DNA of 64,000 nucleotides from Rhynchobatus australiae (taxonomy: Eukaryota). Made by a program: the position numbers and the translations under genes. The stretch covers positions 16,126,284 to 16,190,283 of the forward strand of contig JAUZTB010000065.1 in the NCBI GenBank assembly GCA_034780895.1, given 5' to 3'. Below the pieces are notes generated by a model. The model did not search any database. It saw only the letters and a program-made list of their open reading frames with translations, and had not been told where the DNA came from. Every line of letters starts with the position of its first letter. Position 1 is the stretch's first letter. This document shows positions 49,017 through 60,139 of this stretch, one piece after another.

Positions 49017-52000
49017 ATTAAGAATTTAGATATGTGGGAGACTGGGATCGAAGGACTTTGTTACTGAAACTGCATTTCTGAATGCAGTGTTCTTGAGATA
49101 AAAATTTTGACAATTCAGAAAGAAGTCTGCTCAAAACTATAAAATAAAATCACAGAATATTCTAAAATGAGAAGTTGGCATTCTATAAATATAATTATGT
49201 AAAAATTTCTAGAGCATCTGTAATATTCCAACATTGCAGTCCAGCTGTTACAATTCAGGTGCCACAATCAGACGTGTCTTTTTGTACAAATTAGCAATAA
49301 ATCAACGCTAAACATTTTTTAAGTATGCAAAGAGAGAAAGAAAGCCAACCAATACCCACTGATTTTTCTAACTTTAATGTTAACTGGCAAGGTTGTTAAG
49401 ATAACAAAATAAACAAGTATCTCCCATTTGAAACAAATTTCCAAACAGAAACAGTAATTATCCTTTAAGTGACCATTATACTTATTCAGCCAATTTCTCC
49501 ATTGGGACTACTTAAATACAGGCTGAAAACAGGCAGGCTAGGTCAACAGCTAAGCTTTATAAACGCAGTTCAGAACCCAAGTGAGAAAAGATATAGAAAT
49601 TAATTAGATGTTCAAGTGCTTCACATCGATTGTATTTTTTTCTCATGGAAGTGGAATCACATGGGGCTCTGTTGGAGGAATACAACTCCAATTCTTAGTG
49701 GGACCGGAAAAAATGGGGATAAACCAGAAAGCATTGTGGTTTGTGTGTTTCTGAATGAGGGAAGAATTATTGGTTTGGGTCTGGTATCCAGGAATATCAG
49801 CTCAAATAAATCTGAAAATAAGAAGATGAAGGATGGATGTTTGGAAATTTTGCTTCATTTTTTTTGAAATCTTAAAGTATTTAGCTCTTGGATTAAATAG
49901 GTGGAGTGGAGACCATATTGGGGCATGTTATATGTGGGTCTGTAGAAAGAGTTGGTTTTCTTTCCGAATGTCCAATGATAATTCATTTGCTTAGAGTTAT
50001 GTTGTTATAATGATGTTACTACTATAATCACTTTTCAGAAAACTGAAAATGATGGTATCTTGAATCAACAAGATTTAAGTTTTATGTGTAACTGAGGCCC
50101 ACACATTCTGTGCACATCAAACAAATTACATTATCTCTGGCAAATGAGGTCATTAACAAAATTGTTGTGTGATGTAATTGATTTCTTATGATCCAACCTC
50201 AGTCAGAAACAATGAGATGTGCAAAGAGAGCACAAGTGTGTAGCTTAACAAGGAGCTGCCAACTTTGACTAAGCCACTGTTAAGGTCCAAGATATCTACA
50301 ATAGTTGACGAGTTCCTAATGACTGCTTACAACCTGGCATGCTAATGTGAGGTGTTTGCAGAATATCACCAATGCTTTAATTATTTAATTATTTAATTTG
50401 ATTTTAATTAATGCTTTAATGAATTAAGGCCACAGGGTATGATTGAAGTTTAGGTGAAAATTTGAGGGTGGAACAAGTAATGTAATAATGTAATTTGTTT
50501 GAGCAAGGTGGGATTATATCTGTATTGATGTTTCTTCATGGTCTGTGGGCAGGGTTCCTTTGGCCTCCTTTATTAGTTTACCAGTGAGACAGGATCAGTG
50601 GAATGGCATATTTTTGCAAAAATTTCTACTGGGTTGCATTACTGCTGCACAAAGAACAGAAGATCCTGCAAAAGCAGACGTGCAGTGTTTATCAAGAACC
50701 ACCCTGCTAAACGTGGGCCCACTGCTTGGCTGACAGGACAGTTGTCTAATTGCTTGCAAATGCCAATCCATTATATTTAGCCTGAATGCATCAGCATAGG
50801 ATGAAGATTGATCTATTACCGTCCCACTGAATCACCTGAGGTCTTCACTTGGTCCTTGCCCTCTTAAGAGTAATGCATTGGGGCACATATCAGAATATTC
50901 GCAAAGCTAGGTCTGCAGTCTAAATATCCGTCTAAATATTCATCTATTTATTATGTTTTATTTCCATAAATATGCACTAATCACTGAGACACAAAAAATT
51001 CTGCAGATGCTGGAATCTGGAGCAATACACACTCGTCTGTTTAAAGTACTGGTGCTATTGTATTTAGCAATGTATCTGATTTCAGAATATGGGGGAGCTA
51101 TATCTACATGTATTTGTTTATATGTACTGCTGTTTCTCTTTCTACCTGCAGCTCTATCCGACCGACTCTCTCTCGGATCCGGGCGTTGTTACCTATTTGA
51201 TCTATTTGTGCACTCGGTGACGACGTTTCAAACTCATGGTGGCTTTGCAGTGCTCGCTGGGGGTCGCCCTCCTACAACTGTAGGAGCCGGATGAAGGCGG
51301 CTCCCAGTCCCGCAGTGATTAGTTTATGGAGCAATTGGCTAAATATGTTGTTTTCATTGAACGTTAGGTCCGCAGAAATCCAATCCACGGCACCTTACAC
51401 ATGATATATTTGAACTAGACGAAAGAGGGGGTAGAGATGTGTTGGATCCCTTGGGGCGATATTATTGAGAGGGTATAATGGTANNNNNNNNNNNNNNNNN
51501 NNNNNNNNNNNNNNNNNNNNNNNNNNNNNNNNNNNNNNNNNNNNNNNNNNNNNNNNNNNNNNNNNNNNNNNNNNNNNNNNNNNAACTGCACAACTGGCGG
51601 GTTGTCTTCTGCAGGTTTCTAAATGTTTTTAACAACAGCAGCTTCAAGTTTACGGTTTCGATTCATTGAGATTCTGGTCTGATGTCGACACTGGCGGCAG
51701 AAAAGAGCAATTAATTTTTAAAAAATCCATTTTGTTTTTGCATCTCCCATAAGCCAAGCATGATTTAGAAAACACAGAATTTAAAAAATGATGAATAAAT
51801 ACTTCTTCAGAGTAACTCTTGATCTGGGCAGTGCTAAATAATTTCTATGCCTTACCGATGTGAGAAAATGATTTATTAATTGTCAATGAGTTAGATATCA
51901 AATCAATAATTAGCAATCATTAGATTACTCTGCTGATCTTGGGAGATCTAAACTGCGAGAGAAATGTTTAAATGTTCAAATGTATAGAAATATTTGAAAT

Positions 52001-52860
52001 CTTGAATTGACCAGTTCAAGATGCAAAGGGGACAGAGACCCCGACCCACTGCCTGTCCACAGCCTCAGCTCAAACCAGACCCTTACTCACCCCTAATATA
52101 TCTTCTCCCAACATTGTTCCATGTCCCTCAGACACAGCTTCCTTCAACCCGCCTAGACAACTCCTGGTTGTCACAGTCCCTATTCCAAATCTAGATTCGG
52201 ACCCACACCCACCCCCCCCGACCCCGCCCTCTGACCCAGACACCTCCCCACGATTCAGCATCAGAGCCAGACACCGAGACACAGCTGCAGCCTCAGTGCC
52301 AGACCTGGACTCAGACATCCACTAACAGCCCCGCCCCCAGCCCCAGACCCAGACCCCAGGTGTAAACCTGCGAGAAATCCAGAAAATCCGCTACACATCT
52401 CCGGACCCTCCCAGTTAACCTCAGCCGAAAAGTGGCGAGAGCCGGGATATTTTCACACGAGATTTGTCGGGGGACTGGTGTGAAAGAGCACACACATAAA
52501 AAAAAACACACACGTTCAAAAACTCGGACAAACCCAGTCGAGAGAGGAAGGAAGATTGCGCTTTGGCACATCTGACACTTTCTGCATTCTGCCACCTCCA
52601 GCTTTCGTGACCGGCGGACTTTCTCGCCTGGAGACCGTCCGAGCCACTGACGCGAAGTCCGATCCCGTCGCCAATCTCAACCCAAGGGGTCAACTGAAAT
52701 AACGCCGTCTGTTGAAACAGCGAAGCGACGTCTCCGGACACGGGGACCGAGAGAAACCGTGGACAAACCCTCGCCCGCTGCTCCACATCTGCCATTTTAC
52801 AAGCGCCCGATGCTGTTGGAATTAACAGGTTGTTGGAAGTGGAGCGGCTCCGGGAAGGAG

Positions 52861-52984
52861 GTGAGTGAGAGAGGCGAGTGCGGGCTGCGTCCTGCCCGGA
52901 TCTGTCCACGATTCTGAACCTGACCTGTCTGTGCAAGTGCCATCGGTCCTAGCTCTGCACCTGATCGCTTTGTCCCTTCTCCAG
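52861..52984 (+). other. Predicted 124-nt intron in the KCNC4 5'UTR
   Basis: Consensus donor GAG|GTGAGT at 52861, branch-like CTGAT at 52961-52965, and polypyrimidine tract CTTTGTCCCTTCTCCAG ending at 52984. Confidence 0.6.
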
Positions 52985-53086
52985 TTAGTAACTTGATCCG
53001 TTTTTTTAATTAAAGAAAAACACAGGAATAAAAGCTAATCTTCCCTGGGAAGGGAGTTTGGAGAGCAAGCGAAACCCGACCTCCGC

Positions 53087-53725
53087 ATGATAAGCTCCGT
53101 GTGTGTCTCATCTTACCGAGGACGCAAGTCAGGCAATAAAGCTCCTTCTAAACCATGTCTGAAGGAAGAAATGGGCAAGGGGGAGGACAGCGAGAGAATC
53201 ACCATCAACGTCGGCGGCACCAGGCATGAAACGTACAAAAGTACCCTGCAGACGCTGCCGGGGACCCGGCTGGCGGGACTTGCTGACCCCGGCGCCCAAT
53301 GCAACTTTGACTTTGATGCCAAGTCCAGCCAGTTCTTCTTTGACCGCCACCCGGGCATTTTCGCCTATGTGCTGAATTATTACCGCACGGGCAAGCTGCA
53401 CTGCCCGGCCGATGTCTGCGGACCCCTGTTCGAGGAAGAGTTGGCTTTCTGGGGACTGGACGAGACCGACGTGGAGCCCTGTTGCTGGATGACTTACAGG
53501 CAGCACCGAGATGCCGAGGAGGCTCTCGACATCTTCGAGCCGTCGGACGGGACTTGCAACAGCATGGAGAGGGAAGACGAGGCCGAGCCTGACCCGGACT
53601 CGGGCCGCATCCTGGGACTGGAAGCGTGCAGCCACAACCGTTCCACTCTCGCCAACTGCTGGAAGAGGTGGCAGCCCAAAGTGTGGGCACTCTTCGAAGA
53701 CCCTTACTCCTCCAGAGCGGCACGG
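53087..53725 (+). CDS. KCNC4: Voltage-gated K+ channel Kv3.4 (Shaw family), first coding exon (213 codons); remaining exons outside the window
   Basis: N-terminus [28 protein letters not shown] is the Kv3.4-specific inactivation peptide. T1 domain [62 protein letters not shown] is present. The exon ends at [10 protein letters not shown] followed by donor CGG|GTAAGG (GT at 53726-53727, phase 0). Confidence 0.96.
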
Positions 53726-55432
53726 GTAAGGAACAGATTAACCACCCGCTGGTCAATTCCAGCACCTTTTAACCACTCTTTCATAAACACGTTTCTTCCC
53801 AAATCCACGATGAATATTTTCACTAATTTGCGTTTTTACATTCAATAAAAATAACGTGTCAGAAATCTAGCCACTAAACCCAAACCGTAGGTTCAATATT
53901 TATATTTTTCGATACTTCAAAGTATCGGAGTTTAACGATATAAAGCGAGAGCTTTGTGCTTTCAAACTTCCAGTGAATCAACAGATCGACCGTTCTCACG
54001 CCGATGAATTAGTCTGACTTGAAATAAATAATACTTTCACTTGCATATAAATGTAAAATGTTAATGCTGAAATACGTTAAATGTTTCCGGTGATCCAGAG
54101 AGACTCGATATGAAGAAATACGACTTGCCTGATAGCAAATCGCAGAGTAGCAATGGATCTCAATTCCAGTTGTTGTCATATTTTAACCATTCAATTGGTA
54201 TCTACTGATTTGAGAGGAAGAAGGTGCACACAAAACACTGGTACGTAGGCACATGCACGTACGCACACCGGATGGGAAGACGAGAATGGTGACTATCTAA
54301 CGGAGATGGGGCATGGACTCTGATTCTGCACAACTGTTGCATGGAAGCGGCCTCCCTGTTTCCTTTAAGCTTCGTCTCAGGGTCAAGCATGTAAATATTA
54401 TCAGAAATAGTCCAAAGAAATGAGGATTAAAAATAGAATCAAATGCAGGTAAAGGTCCACTGGCCCGGAAGGAAAGGTAGGGCGACCTATTTGTCATAAC
54501 AATTAAAGTGGGGACCGAAAGCACATGTTTACCTGCAGTGTACTTACATTAAGACTGAGGACGAATTTAATCACTTCAGGCATTAATTAGACTGATGCTG
54601 TCAAGGAAGAATATTAATGGGTGATTTTGTTTTTTAGTTTGAAATGTTTACAAACCCTTGGTGTCATTGGATCTATGTGGTACTTGTTTAATTGGAGTCA
54701 ATTTCGTGGGTGTATATGTGGACACTTTACTGTGCAAGTGAAAGTTGGTGGACATTGATGAAAGCTTTTATTATTGTGAATCTGGGAGGCGATGGGCACA
54801 TTTAAATGTGGATGGGATAATCTGCAGCTTCTAACAGCATGGCCTCCTTTAGGTAAAACCAGCTGGAGTGTTTCTTTGAGGAGATAAAAGGGGAGCTGTA
54901 TGCACAGATGATAACAAAGAAAGGGGGTGGCAGAGAATAGGGAATCTGGTAAAAATCAAGACAGCAGATCCTAGAAAAGGGGAATAATGCAGCGAAAATG
55001 AAAAAGAGACAAAGGTTAGAAAAGTTCAGCATGTGGCAGGTAAATAGAACGCAGGAAGTTGTCAAAGTCTGTTGGATATGTCTGTGAGAGGGATGAAGCA
55101 GATGAAAAGCTTGTTCCTGCTTCTGTCTGACAGATGCCAGTTGACAGTGAGTAAGGCAGAGCTGAACTGTCCAGGTTTTGTTTGAAAATATCCACAGTAC
55201 TCTCCATATATTCAATCATCTTCCACAAACTGTTCACAAGGACAGAAAATAACACAAATTGAATTAAAACCTTTCCTCACATCATCCAAATTTTACCCTT
55301 GTGGCAAAAATTGGTGCAGAATTTACTCAGCTACTGTGAACAAAATAGTGCAATAGATGTTGAAGATTAATCAAGTACTTATTCCTGTGAAGTTAATGCT
55401 TTCTTGGGCTTCCAGTCAGATTTGTTACTATT

Positions 55433-55513
55433 CAAAGTACTTCCCTTTTGAAAGCAGTCAGTAGATCATTTAGTAAATAATCTACCGACTGCTTTCAAAA
55501 AGGAAGCACTTTG
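55433..55513. repeat. Near-perfect inverted repeat (40-bp arms, 1-nt spacer)
   Basis: Left arm CAAAGTACTTCCCTTTTGAAAGCAGTCAGTAGATCATTTA versus revcomp of right arm CAAAGTGCTTCCTTTTTGAAAGCAGTCGGTAGATTATTTA: 36/40 identical. Confidence 0.95.
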
Positions 55514-55614
55514 GTTACAAACTGGAAGGTGCTCAGTTAGATCGGTCTCTGCTGTACAGTTGATCTCGAAAGGGGACTCCCTCCCTTCCCCCCCCCCCCA
55601 TATTCCCCCCCCAT

Positions 55615-57830
55615 AGTCTCAGCGTACCTGGCATTAAAAGAAAGCAGCCATGTTCCTCCACATAATCATTTCCTAGTGATCTCACGATTAAAGAGAGGCA
55701 ATTTAAGAGGGGTTCCTTCCCCTAAGTACTATATAAATGCCAGCATTAGAGACAGTGAAATTCATCTTTAGTTCCTGCTTCCAGATAGCATTCAGTGATC
55801 TCTGAGAGTGAATGAGACTCATACCTGTGCCCAATCACTTTCCAGAATTTCTGTCTGGTGACCACTGGATAAAGAGAGGAAAGCAGTCAGGGTCCCTGCT
55901 TCTATCATTTTCTCATGATCCTTGGATTAGAGAAAGAGGAAATTCACTTGGTTCCTAAACTTTTGATCACTATCCACTGGGTTGGATGAAGAGAAAATCA
56001 ACCAGTGTTCTTGTTCCCAATCATGGCCCATCACCCCACCAGGTTAGATAGCAGAGAAATTGCCCATTATTATCTGGTGAACCCAGTTCAGAAAGCAAGT
56101 AAATCAGCCAGCATAATGTTCAGTTCATGCTCCTGCATACAGTTCAGTGATTCTGGTTAGAAGGAAGGGAAAATTAACAAGTGTTCCTACTTGTCATTGC
56201 TGTTATTCCTGGGTTAGACAGAATGGTAGTCAGTCAGGGTTTCTGTAATGGATCATTGCACCTTTGATCCTTTAGTTAGAGAGGAGAAATCAGTCAGGGT
56301 TCTTGTTCATAGTCAGTTACTGCGACAGCCTGATAAGGAAACTGAAGTCTCATCTAGGGTTCCAGCCGCTGAGCATTGCCTAGTGACCCCTGGTACAGTG
56401 TTAGTAAATCAGCCTGGTTTCTGGCTCATGATCATTGCTCAACTATTCCTTGGGTTGAGATGGGCAGCCAGCCAGCATTCTTGTTCACGATCATTGCCCA
56501 GACACTGAGAGAGGAAATCAGCCAAAACTCCGGTTTCTAATCACTATTTACTGATTCTGGGGATCGGAGTGAGTGGAGGTCAGTTAGGTTTTCTGCGGGT
56601 GNNNNTTTGCCTCTGACCTCTGGGTTAGAGGGGAAATCAACCAGGGCTTCTATGCCAAATCACTGTGCAGTGACCCTTGAGTTATCGAGCATGAAGATCA
56701 ATAAAGTTTCCTGATCTCTACCTAGTGGTTAAAGAGAAGGAAAATCTGCCAGGATTCCTCTCAATCCATGTACTGAATTAGAGAGGGTTCCACATTCTTG
56801 TTACTCCCCTGGTTTAGAATGGGGAGAGATTGTCCAGTATTCAAATTTCTGGTTACTGCTCTGTGAACCCTATGTTATGGAGAGAAGAAATCAGTCAGAG
56901 TTTCTGCAGCTGATCCATTTGGTTTTTATTGTAAAGAGAATGGTATACAAAAGGGAGATATTTTTAAGGCTAAATTGGACATTGGTGGGTCAACACCTAG
57001 TTTTGTCTCCTTCTTGAGGGAGATCAATCCAATCCTTGCATTGGTGGTAGTTCAAAGAAGACAGAGTTTCCAGGGATCATTGGTTTTATGAAGAAACTAT
57101 TGATCAGATTGGGCCCATACTCATTGGGGTCTGCAAAAATGGGAGATGATCTTATTGAAACAGAGAAGATTCTGAAGGAGCAATAGGCAATATATTGAGA
57201 GGATATTTTCCCTCAAGTGAGGATCTAGAATTGGGGAAGGTATAGTTTCAAATTACCTATCCAAGATAGAGATGAGAAGGAATTTGCTCTCTCAGAGCAT
57301 CATGAATCTTTGGCGTTCTGTAGAGATGTGGAGACTGAGTCATTTACATATTCAAGGCAAAGATAGATTTTTGGGTTATAAAGGAATTAAGAATTATGAG
57401 AAACAATCAGGAAAGTAGAAATGAGAACAAGCTCAGATCAGCAGAGATCTTATTGAATAGCAGAGTGGTCTGAAAGGGCTACATACTTTATACCTACTCT
57501 AATGATGTTTGTTTTTGTGGTCCCTGGCTTAGAAAATATAAATTAGCCACTGATCCTGCTCCTGATGACTGATGAATGACTCCTGTGATCGAGTGTGGAA
57601 ATCTGTCATGGTTCCTTCTTGTACTCCCTGCAGATTTATCCTTAGTTAAACAAGAAGGAAAACCAGTCAGGAATCTTACACCTCCTTGCTATCTTGTGAT
57701 CCTTGGATTGGCAAGGGAGAAAATCTGTCCAGGTTCTCCTGATCAATATATTATCCAGGTTTCCTGTTTTTGATCTGCAGATTAGAAGAGGTAATCTGAC
57801 AAGGTTTTCACTCCTGACCATAGTCTATGG
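55615..57830 (+). repeat. Degenerate tandem array, ~58-bp unit, roughly 25-30 copies, interrupted by a CR1 fragment
   Basis: Recurring unit approximating CCCTGGGTTAGAGAGGAGAAATCAGCCAGGGTTCCTGCTCCTGATCACTATCCAGTGAC, e.g. near 55865, 55921, 55977, 56208, 56269, 56449, 56620, 56808, 57521 and 57701. Confidence 0.85.
56920..57510 (+). mobile_element. CR1-type LINE 3' fragment inserted into the tandem array
   Basis: MGDDLIETEKILK, GATAGAGATGAGAAGGAATTTGCTCTCTCAGAG and a tail ending CCTACTCTAATG. Array units flank it on both sides. Confidence 0.7.
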
Positions 57831-58319
57831 ACTACTACAGAGAAGTGGCCTTTTGAACATGTGTGGAGTTTATTATTAGGGTTGACTCAACTTTCCATTA
57901 AATGAGCTGCCTATTTCCCTCACTTCCAAGTTAAGGGAGGAAAAAAGATCTTACAGAGATAACAACTCTCCAGGAGACACAATCTCCTGAACCGGTCAAC
58001 ATAAAGTATAAACTTGAAGGTTGAACAAAGGCTAGCTCATGGTAAATGTAACAGGAATGATCATTCTGAATTGGGAGAAATGTGAACACTTGGAAACATT
58101 TAACATTGAGCTTAATGCTGATTAATCCCAGGCTCCTCTGTTCATACCCTTCATGTAGCACCCACCCCGCAATGATGAGGACAGGGTCTTGAATAGAGCA
58201 ACCATTTATTAATTGCCTGTTGTTACAAGATAGGATAGGGGGGATTAAATAGTTTAACTGGTGGAACACACNNNNNNNNNNNNNNNNNNNNNNNNNNNNN
58301 NNNNTAATTACCTATTTTC

Positions 58320-58700
58320 AGACTGAACTTCTTTCGAGGTGACCTGACAAAGGTCTTTAAAATTGGAGGTTTGACGGGAAGTGCAGAGAAGATAACTCTT
58401 GAGTATCGTGTGGAGAAGAAAGAGAGAGCAGAAATGCAAGATCGTTAATATTAAATCCACTTGTGTGAATAGGAAATTTTTCTTGGCTCAGAGTGTCTTT
58501 AGCATGTGAATTGTGTTACCACAGGAAATGGTTGAGGATAAAAGCTTAGCACATTTCCTTAGAAAACTTACAAAAGAGAAAGGGGAGTGAAAAGATATAC
58601 TAAAAGGCAGGGAAGAGGAAGATAGATTGTGAAGTGTGGAGTACAGCCACCAACACAGACCAGCTGGCATGATTGCCTTGTTTCTGTGCTGTAAAGTTCA
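58320..58700 (+). mobile_element. Degenerate CR1 3' end
   Basis: GAGGTGACCTGACAAAGGTCTTTAAAAT, CAGAGTGTCTTTAGCATGTGAATTGTGTTACCACAGG and tail CCTTGTTTCTGTGCTGTAAAGTTCAATG. Confidence 0.6.
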
Positions 58701-59869
58701 ATGTGCCTTGGGTAGGTGTTAGGGAATGGTCAGTGCTTGTGGGAGAGAGATTTTAAAAGAAAAGTGGCTGGGTCCAAATTAAGGGAAAAAACACCAGTAA
58801 GAAAATTGTAATGTTTGAGGTAACCCTATGATTTCCCACAAATGCATTCAAAACCAAAGTGAACAGCCTGTAAAAGACAAAAGACAATTTAAAGCCTCCA
58901 CTCAACCAGAACAGAATGCTTAGTGTTCATGAAATCGCTCACACCTCAGAAAATTATTCTGTCAGTCCTCGAGCACCAAGCTGTTGAGATCACAGTGGCA
59001 AGGTATATTTTCAGGCCTGAATGCACTGGTACTCAATTGCTCTGTGTGATTCTTTCACACAGACATTTACTCACACCTGCGTCAAACAAAAGCACAGAGG
59101 GATTTGGTGAAGGATTCTCCTGGAATAGCTTTAGTTGGAAAATATGCCCTGTGCAATCCAGACCAGGCAAGATTCAGGCATAACTGGTGTGGAGGCTACA
59201 TTATATGCAGGTTTAAAACATATTATTCATGTAGCTTTAAAATATAAATTCCTTTAAGGCTAATCATTTGGTTTATTTGAAGTTAGGCAGATGCTAAGCA
59301 GATACTGGATACTGTTCCAGGTGAGCAAGGAAGGGGAGAGGAGCACCTCAGCTCTAGGTTCTGGGAAAGAACAGCAAGAAGAGGTGCCTGGATTTGAACA
59401 TGGAACAGAATAACAACTGGGATATCGCAGCTTAGGAAGAGAAAAGAATAGTGCCTAAAGTTTAAGAGGAAAATAAAGGTTGTAGTGGAGAGTAGGTGCT
59501 TGAGAGACACAGTCAGAAAGCATTGGAGGGTACATGTAGTGAGAACACAAGACTCCTCTCCCTATCCTGAACGGTTATTCAATGCAGGCATGGATTGGAG
59601 GTAAGACCCAAGAGGGCTGAGCTAATGTCTGATTGCACTCAAAGGCAGGGAGGATCTGTGCCAACTCACCAAAGTAGTCTTTATTATCTAATGAGAGAGT
59701 TGTACATATGCACACAATATATGAATGTTGTGGCTATCCTAAGTAAATATACATTCATTGTATCTCAATATCCAGCAATTAACAGAACTTTTTCTATTCA
59801 GGATCCCAAACTGGGCTGAATCCACAGCTCCTCTGCAACTGAAATCCTCTGGAGATGAGCTCTTTGAGT

Positions 59870-60020
59870 CTTGGTTTATTATTGTCACATGTACCGAGGT
59901 ACAGTGAAAGCTTTGTTTTGCATGCCATCCATACAGACAATTTAATCAGATCAGTGCATTGAGGTAATACAAGGGAAAAACAATAACAGAATGCAGAATA
60001 AAGTGTTATATTTATAGCCT
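59870..60020 (-). mobile_element. LINE-derived 3'-end repeat (family uncertain, possibly Rex1/Babar-like); related shorter copy at about 8010-8110 on plus
   Basis: TTGGTTTATTATTGTCACATGTACCGAGGTACAGTGAAAG..GTGCATTGAGGTAATACAAGGGAAAAACAATAAC. Its reverse complement TTATTGCTTTTCCCTTGTACTACCTCAATGTACT..AATAATAAACCAAT occurs at 8052-8107. Confidence 0.6.
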
Positions 60021-60139
60021 TGCTTGCTTCAATAATATAGTACACATCCCAATCGGACTAGATGACTTTTATAATTTTGGGACTGCCACACTTAAATACA
60101 GGCTACAGTATTCACCTGTTTTTATCTTATCTGATACTA

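Larger units (their letters stand above)
52300..53730 (+). promoter_or_regulatory. CpG island over the KCNC4 promoter, 5'UTR and first coding exon
   Basis: Sharp rise in GC and CpG density relative to the flanks. GC box CCCCGCCCC near 52329. A pyrimidine-rich CCCAGAC-like low-complexity tract lies just upstream (52040-52360). Confidence 0.7.

Noticed and set aside
10125-51669. ORFs containing X runs
   Set aside because: Artefacts of N gaps.
52254-52274. Second RE1-like site TTCAGCATCAGAGCCAGACAC
   Set aside because: The right half-site GGACAG is not preserved, and it lies in low-complexity sequence.
52421-53765. Antisense ORFs of 61-186 aa over the KCNC4 CpG island
   Set aside because: Expected in GC-rich or coding-antisense sequence. 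No recognisable domains.
53726-53848. C-terminal 40 aa of the 253-aa ORF (VRNRLTTRW...)
   Set aside because: Read-through into the intron past the GTAAGG donor at the conserved Kv3 exon boundary.
53910-53927. Small hairpin CGATACT-TCAA-AGTATCG
   Set aside because: A 7-bp stem is expected by chance in 64 kb.
55615-57830. CRISPR-like repeat/spacer array
   Set aside because: Whole units are homologous and degenerate, with no identical repeats separated by unique spacers. Eukaryotic intron and no cas genes.
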